A stretch of DNA of 64,000 nucleotides, taken from positions 33,294,001 to 33,358,000 of the forward strand of contig OZ336883.1 of NCBI GenBank assembly GCA_965287045.1, read 5' to 3'. The stretch comes from Carcharhinus amblyrhynchos. Its lineage: Eukaryota. The number at the start of each line of letters is the position of its first letter. The first letter of the stretch is position 1. Positions 36,119 through 49,610 of the stretch are shown one piece after another. The position numbers were made by a program, and so were the translations under genes. Under the pieces are notes generated by a model. The model was not told where the DNA came from and did no database searches. It saw nothing but the letters and a program-made list of their open reading frames with translations.

Positions 36119-38154
36119 TCACAAGCTGTTACATTGAGTGAACAATGTGCACCAATTTATCCCCATCTGGAATGCCATGGGCAGTTCTACTTACTGAATG
36201 ACAGGAAGGATGCCATGACAGTCAGTCATGGAGCCAGTGATGACGAGTAGAGTCTTGACACCCCACCCCACCCCAACCCCCAATCATTGTAAGCATGAAT
36301 GATACAGATTTGGAGGGTCACCTCCATTTTGCCCCAGGTGCCTTTGAGCCTCCAATTTCAGAGTGTGCGTCTCTGTGACTCAGTCAGGCCACAGACCAGC
36401 TTTGAACAGCATTCCTTATTCCTAACTCAATTCATTTCCTTTTAAATTGGTTAAATATCAGCTGATATTTTCCTCACCTGGCCTACAATTGTATCCCCTT
36501 CAATCCCCTTCATCTTCATTTCCTCCTCAGGCAATGGCAGGATTCCTCATTTTCATCTGTCTGATCATCTTGTGGCATCTGTAACATGGGGTGGAATTTT
36601 AAAAGCTGTAATGTTACCACCCTTCACACCGGCAGGATTTCCCCATCCCACTGCAGTGAACGGCAATATTGCTGGGTGCCAAATTCTCTGGCCTGGCTGC
36701 AGGAGTGTGGCGTGAACAGTCAGCAAGATCGCACTGTAAGAGTCTGATGGAGGCAAGTGTGGAAATTTGTATCATTGGCTGATATGCCTATTTGCCAGCT
36801 CAAACATATCCCCAGGCCATTTTCCCCAAACTGGAATTAAAGTCAGCAGTCCTAACTGCTGCAAGTAGCAGGCAGTCAATTGGTCATATTTAAAGGCTTG
36901 ATTCTGAGGCTGACTAGAATTTTTCCCCTGGGCCGGTAGGTTACCAAAGTATCAGGGACGAAGTCAGCTGTTTGGTAGCAACATCCTGGTGGCACGCCGG
37001 AGGGTCAACGTTCCAGGCAGGCTTTGAGGCCTACTTTGCTTGCCTGGAGACAGCAGGGTTCCTGAGGGCACTTTAAATTTTGAGAGGGTGTCTTTAAATG
37101 GAAGTGCTTACCATCTCTCTTGTCTGAACTGCAAGTGCTGCTTCTTCATTGTTGGACCTCCTTCTGGCCCATGTCTTAATGGGCAACGAGCCTAACCTCT
37201 GGCTGCTAATTGACCAATTTGGATAAATCACTGTTAGGTGACTCATTCCCACATGGTGCTGGATTGTGACCCCAATTTGACCCCAACGTTGGGGTCCTAA
37301 CCCAAAAGGCCTTGTTTCTTGTTCATTATCCTACCATAGGATGCATATCAAACTCTCTTTTCCTTTGTGTTTTCTGGAGGCATTACTCTTGCCGTGCTTG
37401 TTTAAAACCCCAACCACGCCTGCAACCTTTCCCTTTCATTTTCTAACAGAACTATGGTAAATCTGATGTGATTACGCGGACACCATTCCATCAAGAATTT
37501 GCCTTATCTTTATCCTCATCACTCTGCAACTCTACCCTGAACACCAACTGCAGCAACTTTGGACTGTAACTGTCTGTCCCCTTTTCCTGCCTATTTATAC
37601 CAATTCACTTCCCCTTCATTGCCATCTATTTTGGTATTCTTTTCACTCTCTTTTTGTCTTCCAATGCCTTTTTTGTATAACATGAAGCAGTTTTTCAATT
37701 CTTTCCAGCAGCCTATAAAAATCCTGCTCACGAAATGTTTGAGTATTAACTGCACCTTTGTGATAATAATTAACATGGCTAATTCTTGGCTTGCATTGGT
37801 TCCCTTCCTTCACATTTCAGTTGGTTCGGTTCTATAACAGCTTTCTCTAATTTTCAACTTTAAACAACCTCCATACATCCAATCCATGTCTTCCCCCTTT
37901 TTCTCCTTTGCTGAAGGGACTAGCTCTGTATTCCAGCTGTTTCTGTTTTCATTCTTGAAGCGCAAGTAGGAATATATGAAGTGGATGCCATTCCTTGTAG
38001 ACGCAAACATACCTGCAAACCTTAAACTATTGTTAACTACTTAGCATACCCAGAGTTGAAAGAGGTGTGCGAAATGCAGTGACGTGGGAATACTAACGTC
38101 TTTGCTTTCACTTCTGGTTGCCCAAATTCCTTTTGGATCCTGTTCGGAGAAGAC

Positions 38155-38515
38155 CCCGTCTGCACTTCCCGTTGCCTCGGGAAAGCAGCCAGTATAATCA
38201 AGGACCCCACACACCCCAAATATACTCTCTTCCACCTTCTTCTGTTGAGAAGATACAGAAATCGGAAAACACATATCAACTGACTCAAGAACAGCTTACT
38301 CCCCGCTGTCATCAGACTTTTGAACAGGCCTATCACATATTAAGCTGATCTTTCTTTACACCCCATCTGAACTGTAACGCTATATTCTGCACCCTATCCT
38401 TTCCTGCTCCCTTGTGTACTCTAAGAACAGTACATTTTGCCTGTACGGCATGCAAGAAGCAATAAACACTTTTCACTGAATCCCAGTACACATGACAATA
38501 AATCAAATCAATTCA
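38155..38515 (+). mobile_element. Rex1/Babar LINE 3' fragment
   Basis: Homologous to 30520-30862 (GGAAAGCAGCCAGTATAATCAAGGACCCC ... ATGACAATAAATCAAATCAA). Confidence 0.85.
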
Positions 38516-39499
38516 AATGTAATTATTTATTAATTACCAAAACATTATTTCAGAAGAGTGTTTTTTACCAGGGGCTTGAACAAAAATCAAATGGCTTCTC
38601 ATTTTACTGGTCTTTGGGGTTACTATAATTACTGCAAAACTTGCTGGTGGGCTGTGCGTATTGACGCTTTGGCCTCTTGTAAAAGTGCACTGCTGGCCAC
38701 AGAAATAGTAAATCCTGGTATCAGTGCGACACAAATCCATGTGCGGGAGCAAAGTGGCAGCGAATGCAGGTGGGAGATGAAAAAGTGCAAAATGATCAAT
38801 AATTCTTTGCTGTCTGCTGACATAAATAGCCCATGATCTGTTTGACGAGATGCAAAGTAAATATCACGCAGGCATCCATTAGGCAGGAGGTGCTTACTAA
38901 AACCTAATCAAACATTGAGGTGCGCATCACAGTTCCGTGCAGGACCTGAGTTAGGATGAAGGGATTAGTTAACTTAAAGCAACCCTGTATATCCAGCTGC
39001 ACAAACAGATGTTGCTTGAAGGCGTTCCTTTTTTCCCCTAAATATGGGATAATTTACAGTGTAGAGCACCCATCATGTTCCCATGCAATTATGTACGAGT
39101 GTAATGCAGTGTGTTGTGTATACTGGAATTATGCCTAGCCAGTTAAAATTCACCTACCCAGGCCATCGCTCTGGTTTATTGTTAAGGTTGAATGACAAAT
39201 CATATACTTGAAGAACAAAGCTCCGGCTGCCTGCTCAACATGCACTTGCCATTGTCGGTCTTGTAATATCTGGCTTTGTTCGGAAAGCATAAACTTGCAC
39301 AAGGAAGCAATTTTGCCTTCAATCTGTAAGTGTATAACTTGATGGGTGATCATTTGATGATAAACAGAAGAGAATTACTTCTTTCTGTGTCAGGGTGTCA
39401 GTTTCAGATAGAAAATAAGGCTAACTGGCTTGTCGTTGTTAGCACTCTCCTGGCATCCTTTCTTTAATATGAGCTTCATACTTGCCGTATCACATTGCT

Positions 39500-39595
39500 C
39501 CCTTCTTGCAAATCCTTAGAGGAGTCGTTTTGATTTGAAATGCTAACTCTTCTCTCCACAGATGCTGCCAGATCTGTCAAGCATTTCTGATGCTG
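39500..39595 (+). mobile_element. Penelope 3'/pLTR fragment
   Basis: CTCTCCACAGATGCTGCCAGATCTG, similar to 44625-44700. Another piece lies on the minus strand at ~9558-9615. Confidence 0.55.
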
Positions 39596-39596
39596 T

Positions 39597-39717
39597 TGCT
39601 GGAATTTTACCAGCACGCCCATCCCAGGATCGGGGTGGGTGAGGCTCGCAGAATGGCATTCTCTGTTGGCCATCGGATCTTATGAGCCTCGGACGGGTGA
39701 GGTGGTAAAATTCCTGC
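39597..39717. mobile_element. MITE, same family as 745-870
   Basis: TGCTGGAATTTTACC ... GGTAAAATTCCTGC, shared core GGCATTCTCTGTTGGCC. Confidence 0.7.
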
Positions 39718-40273
39718 TGTCTGCAGCAGGCAGCTCAGTGCTGAGAATGTGGGGGAATAATTGATCCGAGATAATGGGGTGTTTGTTTTAATCTGAGCGA
39801 ATGCCTTTTTTGGTTATTTTGGTTTTCCCCTGGGGTTTCAGAGTGGGGTTGAATTAGATCGGTTGACAAGAGACAGAACCAAATGAATGGGAGCAGTTAA
39901 GCTAGCGGAGAAAGACAATTAGTTTTTGCTTGATCCTGAAAGCAGCAAGAGGTGTTTCTTTCTCTTTCTCTCACTCTGGAGGCTGCTGTTTAGGACCTAC
40001 TAAGAGAAATATGTCTCTCTCTTGCTCCACAGGTGTTGAAAGACTCTGGGTGGAGGTGATTCACCCAGCCACCTGTGCTGCCGCTCTGGCAATGCAGTGT
40101 GCCGGGAAACATCAGCAAAGGCCATTTAGTGGGCTCCCCGCTGGACGCCACCACCTGCACATGCCTCCGGGGACAGGATTTCCAGAGTCACAGCTCCATG
40201 CCAGAAATCAGTGCAGAGCTGATTTAAATATTAAATTCCATATTTGAATCCCATTAGCGAGCCCAGAAATGAA

Positions 40274-41310
40274 GGGCCCGATTTTACCATTTTGATTCCA
40301 AGTGCTGAATCTGGGCGCAATTCAGGTCCAAGTTGTAAACCTGCTCTCAGGTGCCTCCATACACATTTAACCTGAAAAGAAAACCGTGAGTCAGAATTGC
40401 GCAGTGGGCGAAGCTTATCGCACCCGAAACACTGCAGCTCCGGTCGAAGCTTTGAACTGCGCATGTGCGGTGAAAAAGAAAATTGAAAAAGGCACCCCCG
40501 TCACATCACTCCCGGGCAGCAAAAAGCAGATAAAGCAGCCCAGGAGCGATGGCTCCCACAGACATCCCCCTTCCTACAACATAACTGTCCCCCTTATCCA
40601 CCTAACCCCCCCCCCACCGCTTCCTAGACTGATCATGTCCCCCTGCCCCACTTTCCTCCTACCAATCACCCGCAGAGAGGCAGCAGATCCCCCCTGCCCC
40701 CCGCCAAATCTATCGGCACCCCCCCGCCCCCCCCCCACCAGTGAATGTTCTGGCCTCCTTCCAACACCCAACCAGGGATACATCTGACCCACCTCCCTCC
40801 CCCCGCCAGAGGATGATTGGGCCTCTCCCCCTGCCCCACCTCACCAGAGAATGATCAGGCCTCCTTCCTCGCCCCCCTCACCAGAGATACATCTGACCCA
40901 CCTCCTCCCCCCATCTCCCCCAACCTTCCACACACCCCCACCACCAATCTGAATTGGAGAGCTGTTGGAAGCTCTGAACTTACCTCTTCAGAAGCTGGAG
41001 CGCCTGAAAAAGACCTTTGCCGAGCCTATCTGTTTCGCGCTGAATCTGAACGCACAAACGTGATGGGTAAAGGAGGAAATGCTGGTAAGACTGGGCATCC
41101 AGCTCATTAAGTCAATTTAAATGCATGCAAATGCCTATAAATCGCCACTGTGGCTGTTTCGGGTGCGGTTTGGATTGTGGCCATTTTTGGGCCTTGGTAA
41201 AGTAGGCATCTGTGCAGACGTAGGCCTGGATCACACTAATCGCCTCACACCCAACCTTACCAAGTTTTCGTGCCTGAAAATGGGCATGACACAATGGTAA
41301 AACCAGGCCC
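40274..41310. mobile_element. ~1.04-kb non-autonomous TIR DNA transposon
   Basis: TIRs GGGCCCGATTTTACCATT / AATGGTAAAACCAGGCCC. C-rich interior with repeated GATACATCTGACCCACCTCC. Nested in a related element spanning ~40050-41440. Confidence 0.8.
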
Positions 41311-41656
41311 AAAGTCTCCAGGCTGGCTAGCGTCTCCCCCCTGCCAGAAGTGGTTCACTCCAGCGGGGTTTATTACAGTTCCCCACTAATGGGGAACTGG
41401 TGGTCCAACTCTGCTAGAGTGAAGGGAGGCCATGGAGGCCAAACTAAAATATAGCTGGGGTCTAGTCTAATTTCACAATATATCTTGGGGTTTCTGATCT
41501 GGCCCCTAACAAGCCGGACAGGGTTGTTCCATGGCGAGGCAACATTGACTTAGTGGGCCAAATGGACTCATTCTGTGCCACAGCCCCCAGCTTTCTGGCC
41601 CATTGACAAGACCTGCGCTTGATAACATTCTGGTAACATTCTGCCTATTATACCAT

Positions 41657-41791
41657 GGCCAGAATTCTCCAGTCTCGCATTCCCATTACCGCTGCTCGCG
41701 AGAATGGGGAACTTGGCACTCAGCCAAATCTTCATTCACAGCAGCAGGATCAGATAATCCCAGCCACGGGTGAATTCGGAGAATCCTAGCC
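41657..41791. mobile_element. MITE
   Basis: GGCCAGAATTCTCC / GGAGAATCCTAGCC TIRs. Related to 53945-54073. Confidence 0.65.
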
Positions 41792-42844
41792 AATATTACT
41801 CCAGCACTATACTGAAGTGTCTGCCTGAAATGCTCGTGCAGCAGACATACAAACTTTCTGATTCAGAGACAAGCTTGCTACTGTTTTGTATACTATGCCA
41901 TACAAAAACATCACAGGCAATGCATGGTATCTCTGCATAGGGTAAATAAACCAGAACATGTCATTAACCTGGGATACAGAAGCTGTTGTTACAATTTTGA
42001 GAAAGGTACCACTTTTTCAATACTGATTCAGTATATAATGTAGGTTAACTGACAAGATAATAAAATAGCACACTCAAATGATCTGTATAGTCATTAACTG
42101 TCTAAATATTTTGATAAAGTGTTATCATTGGCTGCACATAGCTGAGTAAGTGTTGTAGTCAATTATTTTGCGAATATTGCAATATTCAAATTGTAAGAAG
42201 CTAGGGGCCTCAAGTGCTCCACCCCAGCATGATGACCACTGAACAAAGCTAATTTTAATGGAGAGGTGACTTATGCCAATTTATCAGACATAGCCAGTCA
42301 AGGAAGGAGAGTGAAGGAGCAAAGAGAGGAAAGCAGGGGAAAGGTTTAGTCATTTGTCATATGATTTTAAACAGGCGCATTTGAATGGCAGTAACTTTTT
42401 GGTTATGGCTCATTAATACTAAATTACAGTAATTATGAATTTTACAGTCCAATAAAACATATTGCTGCATCAAGATTAAAGTTCTGCCGATCTGGGGATG
42501 CCTTTGCTGTACGAAGCTGGCATCAGAGGATGAGTCTCAAGTGTTATAAATGATTAGCTGTCAGGGAAACATTGACTGGAAATGTACAATAAATCTGCAC
42601 TAAGAAAAACAGCGGCAAAGAGTTGGAAACGGCAGATTTAGACAGTTTTGTACATGCGCTTGCAAGCGTGATGAATGAAGAGGTGGAGTGAGGATGAAGC
42701 TGTGATAATCAATGTCAGGCATTTCGAGGACATGCAAATCCAGATTACATGGAAACTGGGGTCAAGGTGTCACAGAGTGCAATTAAATCTGATGCAAATT
42801 TCACCATACGAGGAAAAAACACTAAATGTGCTATATCAATGTCA

Positions 42845-44710
42845 CTTCCTGCTCTTGTCTGGACCTGGAAAGATTTATTGATTTTTCTTGTAAGTTCCAC
42901 CTCTCTCTCACCTTCACATGGTCCATCTCTGACACTTCCCTTCCCTTCTTTAACCTCGGTTTCCATTTCCAGTGATATACTGATCACCCATATTCATTAC
43001 AAACTCACTGGCTCCCACAGCCACTTTGACTACAGCTCCCTGGAATGACTCCATCCCATTTTCCGGGTTTCTCCATCTCCATCACATTTGTTCTGATGAT
43101 GCTACCTTTGAAGCTAGTGATTTTGACATGTCTGGGATTGTCCTCAACTGAGGCTTCCCCCTTACTGTGGTTACAGGGCATTAAATTGTGTCCGGCTTAT
43201 CGCCTTGACCTTTACCCTCAACCCTCCCCTCTCCTCCCTACCAGAACCATGATACGGTCTTTTCGACCAACCAGCCTCTGCGTTCAAAGAATCACAGTGG
43301 CACAGTGGTTAGCACTGCTGCTTCACAGTGCCAGGGACCCGGGTTCGATTCCTGGCTTGGGTCACTGTCTGTGTGGAGTCTACACATTCTCCCCATATCT
43401 GTGAGGGTTTTTTCTGGGTGCTCCAGTTTCCTCCCACTTTCTGAAGGTTGTGCTGGTAAGGTGCATTGACCCAAACGGATGCCAGACTGTGGCGACTAGA
43501 AGACTTTCACCGTAGCTTCATTGAAGTGTTAATGTAAGTCTTACTTGTGACTAATAAATAAACTTTAACTTTATCCTCTGCTACTTCTGCCTACTTCAGC
43601 ATGATGCCGCCACCAAACACGTCTCCCCCTCCCCTGCCCATCAACCCTTCCACAGGGAGCACCTTCCATGACACGCTTGTCCAATTTGCCATCGCTCCCA
43701 GGCCATCATCCCCTTCCCATGGTATCTTACTATGCAATCGCAGAAGGTGCAACATTTGCCCCTTTACCTCTTCCCTGCTCTCCACGCAAGATCCCAAACA
43801 GTCCTTTCAGGTTAAGCAGCATGTCACTTGCACATCCTTCAATTTGCTCTGTTGTATTGGCTGCTTCCCATGCAGTCTCCTCTACACTGGGGAGTCTAAA
43901 CACAGACTGGGTGACTGCTTTGACCTCCCTGCTACTTACCATTTTTCTCTCATGTCCACATGTCCATCCTTGGCCTGCAGCAACATTCTAGTGAAGTCCA
44001 ACCCAACTGGAGGAGCAGCACCTCTTCTTCTGATTACCATGCAACAGCCTTCAGGACTCAACATTCAGTTTGACAACTTTAAACTGTAACGTTTCTCCTC
44101 CATCTTGACCCTTTTTGTCTTATATTTTCTTTGTTTGTCCTTTCACGATTCCCTCCTCTCCTCTGCCTCCGCCCCACCACCGCCACCACCACTCCTCCCA
44201 CAGGGCTATCTGTCACTTATTCTCTTATTTTACTTTCACTAAGTACTAGTGGTGAATGGAATTCTCCCATCCTTCCCACCACAGGAATCATAGTAAGCAG
44301 GGAGGTGGGCAAAGCAAAGATCCATTGACTTTGGGCAGAATTCTCTGGTTTTGGGGTGAGTGCGGCAGGAGAATCCCACCTCTGATCTTTGCTCTCCTGC
44401 TATCTTGCCTTTCTGCCATTATCAGCATCTTCTTTAGTCCTTAATGCTATCATTGACACTCCCTTTGTCTTGTGTACATGAATCTTTGTTAATCTCTCCT
44501 TAGCTCTAACCTATCTCTGCCCTCCTACCCTGCTCCATCTTCTCCTCCCTCCGCCCACTAAACAATCCATTAATTGTTATCCTCTTCAGCTCTGAAGAGT
44601 CATGCAGATTTGAAACATGAACTCGGTTTCTCTCTCCACCAGTTTAAGGCTGAGTTTATCCAGCATTCTGTTTTTATTTCAGATTTCCAGCATCTGCAGT
44701 ATTCTGCTTT
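42845..44710 (+). mobile_element. Decayed Penelope-like element (RT C-terminus, GIY-YIG endonuclease, pLTR)
   Basis: FHLSLTFTWSISDTSLPF..SISSDILITHIHYKLTGSHSHFDYSS (RT). ORF 43601..44089 CNRRRCNICP..FQVKQHVTCTSFNLLCCIGCFPCSLLYTGESKHRLGDCF (GIY-YIG). 3' TCAGATTTCCAGCATCTGCAGTA. Confidence 0.88.
43293..43572 (+). mobile_element. V-SINE family B inside the Penelope element
   Basis: Family B consensus. Confidence 0.88.
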
Positions 44711-45254
44711 TAGGACTTATTGAAATGTTTTAAGGTGCAAAGTGTTCAATAGCTTAACAAAGATGATTTGTAGTATATGGAAAAAAACAACATTGGTTTA
44801 TTGACGCCAACAGGAAAATGGAAATGTGGATTATTGAGTAAGTCCAATTGTGATAAAGTGGTAGCTTTGAATCGTCCCAGCTGAGACTGCAGCAGAGCAG
44901 TTTGCCTCTCCAACTCAGATTGAGTGAATCTTCTTATCACAAAAAAGGCTGAGATGGAGCAGAAAAAGTTGGATGAACACTTGACAGAGGAGGAAAAAGA
45001 ATATGTTGATGGGGTTAGATGGAGAAAGGTGGCGGTTGGCTTGTGTGGAGTAGAAACACTCAGACAGATTAGATGATGACTTTGGGGGCGAGGTAATGTG
45101 TGCATATATCTGAGATACCTGCACTTCTCTAATTCTGATTTATTGGACATCCTTGATTTTAATTAATCCATCTTCATAGCTGTGCCTTCAGCGGACAGGA
45201 CCCTAAGCACTCAAATTCCCTCCCTAATCATCTCCGCCTCTACACTTTCTTTCT

Positions 45255-45616
45255 TTTTATTCATTCAGTGGTTCTGGGTGTCGCTGGCTGGCCAATGTTT
45301 GTTGCCCATCCCTAATTGCCCCTTGAACTGGTGATTTTCTTGGTCATTTTAGAGTCAACCACGTTGCTGTGGCTCTGGGTTCACATGTAGGCCAGGTAAG
45401 GACAGCAGATTTCCTTCCCTAAAGGAGCCAAATGGGTTTTATGACAGTCAACAACAGTTTCATGGTCATCCATAGACTCTTAATTCCAGCTTTTTTAAAA
45501 TTGAATTCAAATGCCACCATCTGCCATGGTGGGATTCAAACCTGGGACCCCCGAGCATTACCCTGGGCCTCTAGATTACTAGTCCAGTGACAATGCTGCT
45601 ACACCACTACCTGCCC
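45255..45616 (-). mobile_element. SINE family C
   Basis: Family C body and tail. Confidence 0.8.
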
Positions 45617-45854
45617 CTCCTTAATGGAATCATACCTCCAGGTTACTAGAGAAGCTGGAAAGAAAGCTCTGCTGTTCAGAACTACACCATAAAACCATAA
45701 ATGCTACAGTCCAGGGGAGGCCATTGGACCCATTGATTCTGCATCAAATCTCCGAAAGAGCAGCTTGCCCAAACCCATCTGCCCAAATAACATTTTGCCA
45801 AATTTTGTTCTAGAACACTCTTAAGAAGGGTATATTTTATGCCAAAAGTTTTTT

Positions 45855-46145
45855 TTTTAATTCTTTCATGGAATTGGGCATCACTGGCTGGGTCAACACT
45901 TGTTGCCCATCCCATATCAACCACATTGCTGTGGGTCCAGAGTCCTAGGAAGGCCAGGCCAGGTAAGGCAAAGGACATTAGTAAACCACGTGGGCTTTAC
46001 GACAATCATTTCATTCCAGATTTCTTTTATTGAATTCAACTTCCCATATCTGTTGTGGTGGGATTCGAACCCAGGTCCCAGGAACAGTACCCTTGGCTTG
46101 TGGATTACCAATCCAATGACAATATCACTATGCTACTACCTCCCC
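45855..46145 (-). mobile_element. SINE family C, internally deleted
   Basis: GGGATTCGAACCC B-box and family C segments. Confidence 0.8.
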
Positions 46146-46667
46146 GTTATATAAATGCAAGTTGTTGTTACTTCCATAGTTGGAAGGGATACTTCAACCT
46201 GATGGGGAGAGTCGAAACGATGTGAATTTCCTACTGAATTATACCACAGCATCAATGATTAAATCTGTGATTTAATATCAGATTCAGATTCTTTTCCTTT
46301 TCTTAGTTTAACTAGTCATTAGGTACATTTGCTAAAGTGTGAGACAGGGCTTAATAAACCAACTTCCAATTCATAAGTGATTTGACATATTCCAGGAAAC
46401 CTATAAACGAAGCTGAATATAATCTAAAATTAAATCTAACCAGTTGTGCGTTCCAATCATTTTGCAACTTTGCCAGTAACGAGAATATTGTATTAGTCCA
46501 GGGAACACAAAACATTTCACCAGCGACCTCGTATTCATAAACCAGCAGCATCAGAATAATGAATGAGTTGAGAGAATCATGCCATTAGTTGAAGATTTCC
46601 ATTGCTGTCCAACATTATTTGCTAATATGCATTGCTGGTTCGATAATTTTGGGTTTGTTCTGATTAT

Positions 46668-46945
46668 GGCACAGTGGTTAGCGCTGCTACCTCACAGCGC
46701 CAGGGGTCCAGGTTTGACTCCTGGCTTGGGTCACTGTCTGTGCGGAGTCTGCACGTTGTCTGCGTGGGTTTCCTCTGGATGCTCCGGTTTCCTCCCACAA
46801 TCCAAAAGACATGATGGTTAGGTGCATTGACCATTTAAATTGCCCCTAAGTGCACCCAAATAGGCAACTAGGGAATTTTCACTGTAACTTCATTGCTGTG
46901 TTAATGTAAGCCTATTTGTGGCACTGATAAATAAACCGTAAACTT
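46668..46945 (+). mobile_element. V-SINE family B
   Basis: Family B consensus. Confidence 0.85.
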
Positions 46946-47591
46946 TATTTTTAAGCAGCATCTGGCATCACCTATTGTTGTCAGTCAGGATCTGGTCCCT
47001 GTTCCAAAAAATGCCCACGGTCTCGTAGTAGTCATTCTGGAGTGAGGAGTAAATAGGAGCTGGCTAAATGAGCAGAGAGGAAACTAAATATACTTCAGTG
47101 TATTTGCAGCAAGATCCACAGACAAATTAAAAAAGATAGTGTCAGCACTGGAGTTCTCAGCAGCCAGTGCCCAGGAATCATGTGGCACCTATGGTTATCT
47201 CTCACTGTTGGATTTCAGAAGTAACCGCAGCAAACGATATTCAACAGATGCAATGCAAGAAGGCATTGTTCTGAAGTATCTTGTGGAGCACTTATATCTA
47301 TGTACAAAAAGAAGGAACAATAAGCTGATCAGTAATGCACAGATATCAGGCTGCTGTGAGCAAGTTCTTTTCATCCTGTTCTAAGTAGAATGAAAACCAC
47401 ATGACAGAAGTTTGCTGTGTTTACTATACTGCAACCAAACCCCAGCAGCCAATGTAAGGACAATTAAGAATCGAGAACAAGCTGCTTTTTTGCTCCAGGT
47501 TACAGAGACACAACCCCCGTCGTTGCTTTTTATTTGCAGTACACATGTGATTCACATCTCCTGAATTAGTTTTGGACCACATTTGTAAATG

Positions 47592-47850
47592 TAAAGTTTA
47601 TTTATTAGTCAACAAGTAAGGCTTGCATTAACACTGCAATGAAGTTACTGTGCAATTGCCCTAGTCACCACACCTGGCGCCTGTTCAGGTCAATGTACCT
47701 AACCATTGCAGACTGTGGGAGGAAACCAAAGCACCCAGGAGAAACCCATGCAGACAATGTCCAAACTCCACACAAACAGTGACTCAAGCTGGGAATCAAA
47801 CCTGGGTCCCTGGTGCTGTGAGGCAGCAGTGCTAACCACTGTGCCACTGT
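47592..47850 (-). mobile_element. V-SINE family B
   Basis: Family B consensus. Confidence 0.85.
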
Positions 47851-48424
47851 GTATGGGATATGCACACGTTCTACTGAAGTTAACATCCTCCGTGAATGAG
47901 AATTTATATTTGCATTTCATTGATGGATCTCTTTCCATGCTTTAATGATCGATTCTGATTATGAACTCCTTGCCTAGTTTCTCTAGAGGACATACTCTAT
48001 ATGTTAAACATCTTGTAGAACAGGATTTGATTATCAAATAAAGAGTAAAGAGATTATAATTTTTCCTGTAGTCTTAGTCAGTGAGGAATTATTGTAATAT
48101 TTCACCCATCAAGGACATGACCTGGGTTATTTACAAACTATGATGAGACTGTCCAACTGTTTGATGTCACCATAAATGATTGCCTAGAAGGACTGAATTT
48201 CACACATCCCATTTTTGACCTGCTGGGTTGAGCTATTTAAAAAAAAATCTCGGTTACTGCAACTAAGAATTTATTATATCACATTTTGCCTTTGAGGTTT
48301 GAATTGTATATTGTTGTAAAATTCATAGTTGTGCACAATAACAAAGGCAATAACATTTTAAAAGATAAATTGTACACCAAATACACATGCATACTTATTG
48401 ACATAAAATCACTGCAATAATATC

Positions 48425-48710
48425 CTTGGGTGACTATCTGTGTGGAGTTTGCACATTCTCCCCATGTCTGCATGGGTTTCCTCCAGTCGCTCTAGTTTCC
48501 TCTCACAGTCCAAAGATATGCAGGTTAGGTGCCTTAGCCATGCTAAATTTCTCCTTAGTGTTCCCAGATGTGTAGGTTCAGTGTCCCAAGATGTTAGCAG
48601 GGTAAATACATGGAGTGATGAAGAAAGGACCTGGGAAAGATAACCTGTCAGAGGGTCGGTGAGACTCGATGGGCTGAGTGGCCTCTTTATACACTGTAAT
48701 GATTCTATAA
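48425..48710 (+). mobile_element. HE1-like SINE, 5'-truncated
   Basis: V domain through tail CACTGTAATGATTCTAT. Confidence 0.8.
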
Positions 48711-49040
48711 CTAGGGTAGTAGAGTCGACACTAAATTAAATAATGAGGGAAAGGGATCCCATGAGGATAGATGTGGTAAATTACAGGGAAAGGACAAGGC
48801 AAGAGAGAGAGGGTAATGATAATCAGAACTTTGTAGGAAGAGACAGAGCAAAAAAAAAATCCCACAACTCTCAACAAAGATATATTTCATTGAGAAAGAA
48901 AAACTCTGGAAGAGGAATGTGTTATCCGTGGCTCACTGAGGAAATTAAACATAATATCAAACTGAAAGAAAAAGCCTATAATACCATGAAGAGTTGTGGT
49001 AGGTCAGAAGCGTGGACAAATTTTAGAAATCAGCAAAGAA

Positions 49041-49355
49041 TGGTGGCACAGTGGTCAGCATTGCTGCCTCACAGCTCCAGGGACCCAGGTTCGATTCACA
49101 GCTCAGGTCATAGTCTGTGTGGAGATTGCACATTCTCCTTGTGTCTGCATGGGTTTCTTCCGGGTGCTCCGGTTTCCTCCCACAGTCCCAAAGGTTGCCA
49201 CACTCCCAAAGGTTGATTGGCCATGCTAATTTGCCCCTTAGTGTCAGGGGGAATAGCTCGGGTAAATGCGTGGGGATAGGGCCTTGGTGGGATTGTAGTC
49301 GGTGCAGTATCCATGGGCTGAATGGCCTCTTTCTGAACTGTAGGGATTTTATGAA
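49041..49355 (+). mobile_element. HE1-like SINE inside CR1
   Basis: Full family A copy with a small internal TCCCAAAGGTTG duplication. Confidence 0.88.
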
Positions 49356-49459
49356 TAACTAAAAATATAATAAGGAGAGAATGTGAATAAATTCACTAGA
49401 AATACGATAGGTAGCGAGTTTCTTTAAGTATTTAAAAAGGAAAAGAAGTGAAGTTTTTG

Positions 49460-49610
49460 TTTAAAGTTTATTTATTAGTATTACAAATAAAGCTTACATT
49501 AACACTGCAATGAAGTTACTATGAAATTCCCCTCGTCACCACAGTCCGATGCCTGTTTGGGTCACTGCACCTAACCAGCACATCTCTCAGAATGTAGAAG
49601 GAAACCAGAA
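49460..49610 (-). mobile_element. Family B SINE 3' fragment
   Basis: Family B tail only. Confidence 0.8.
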
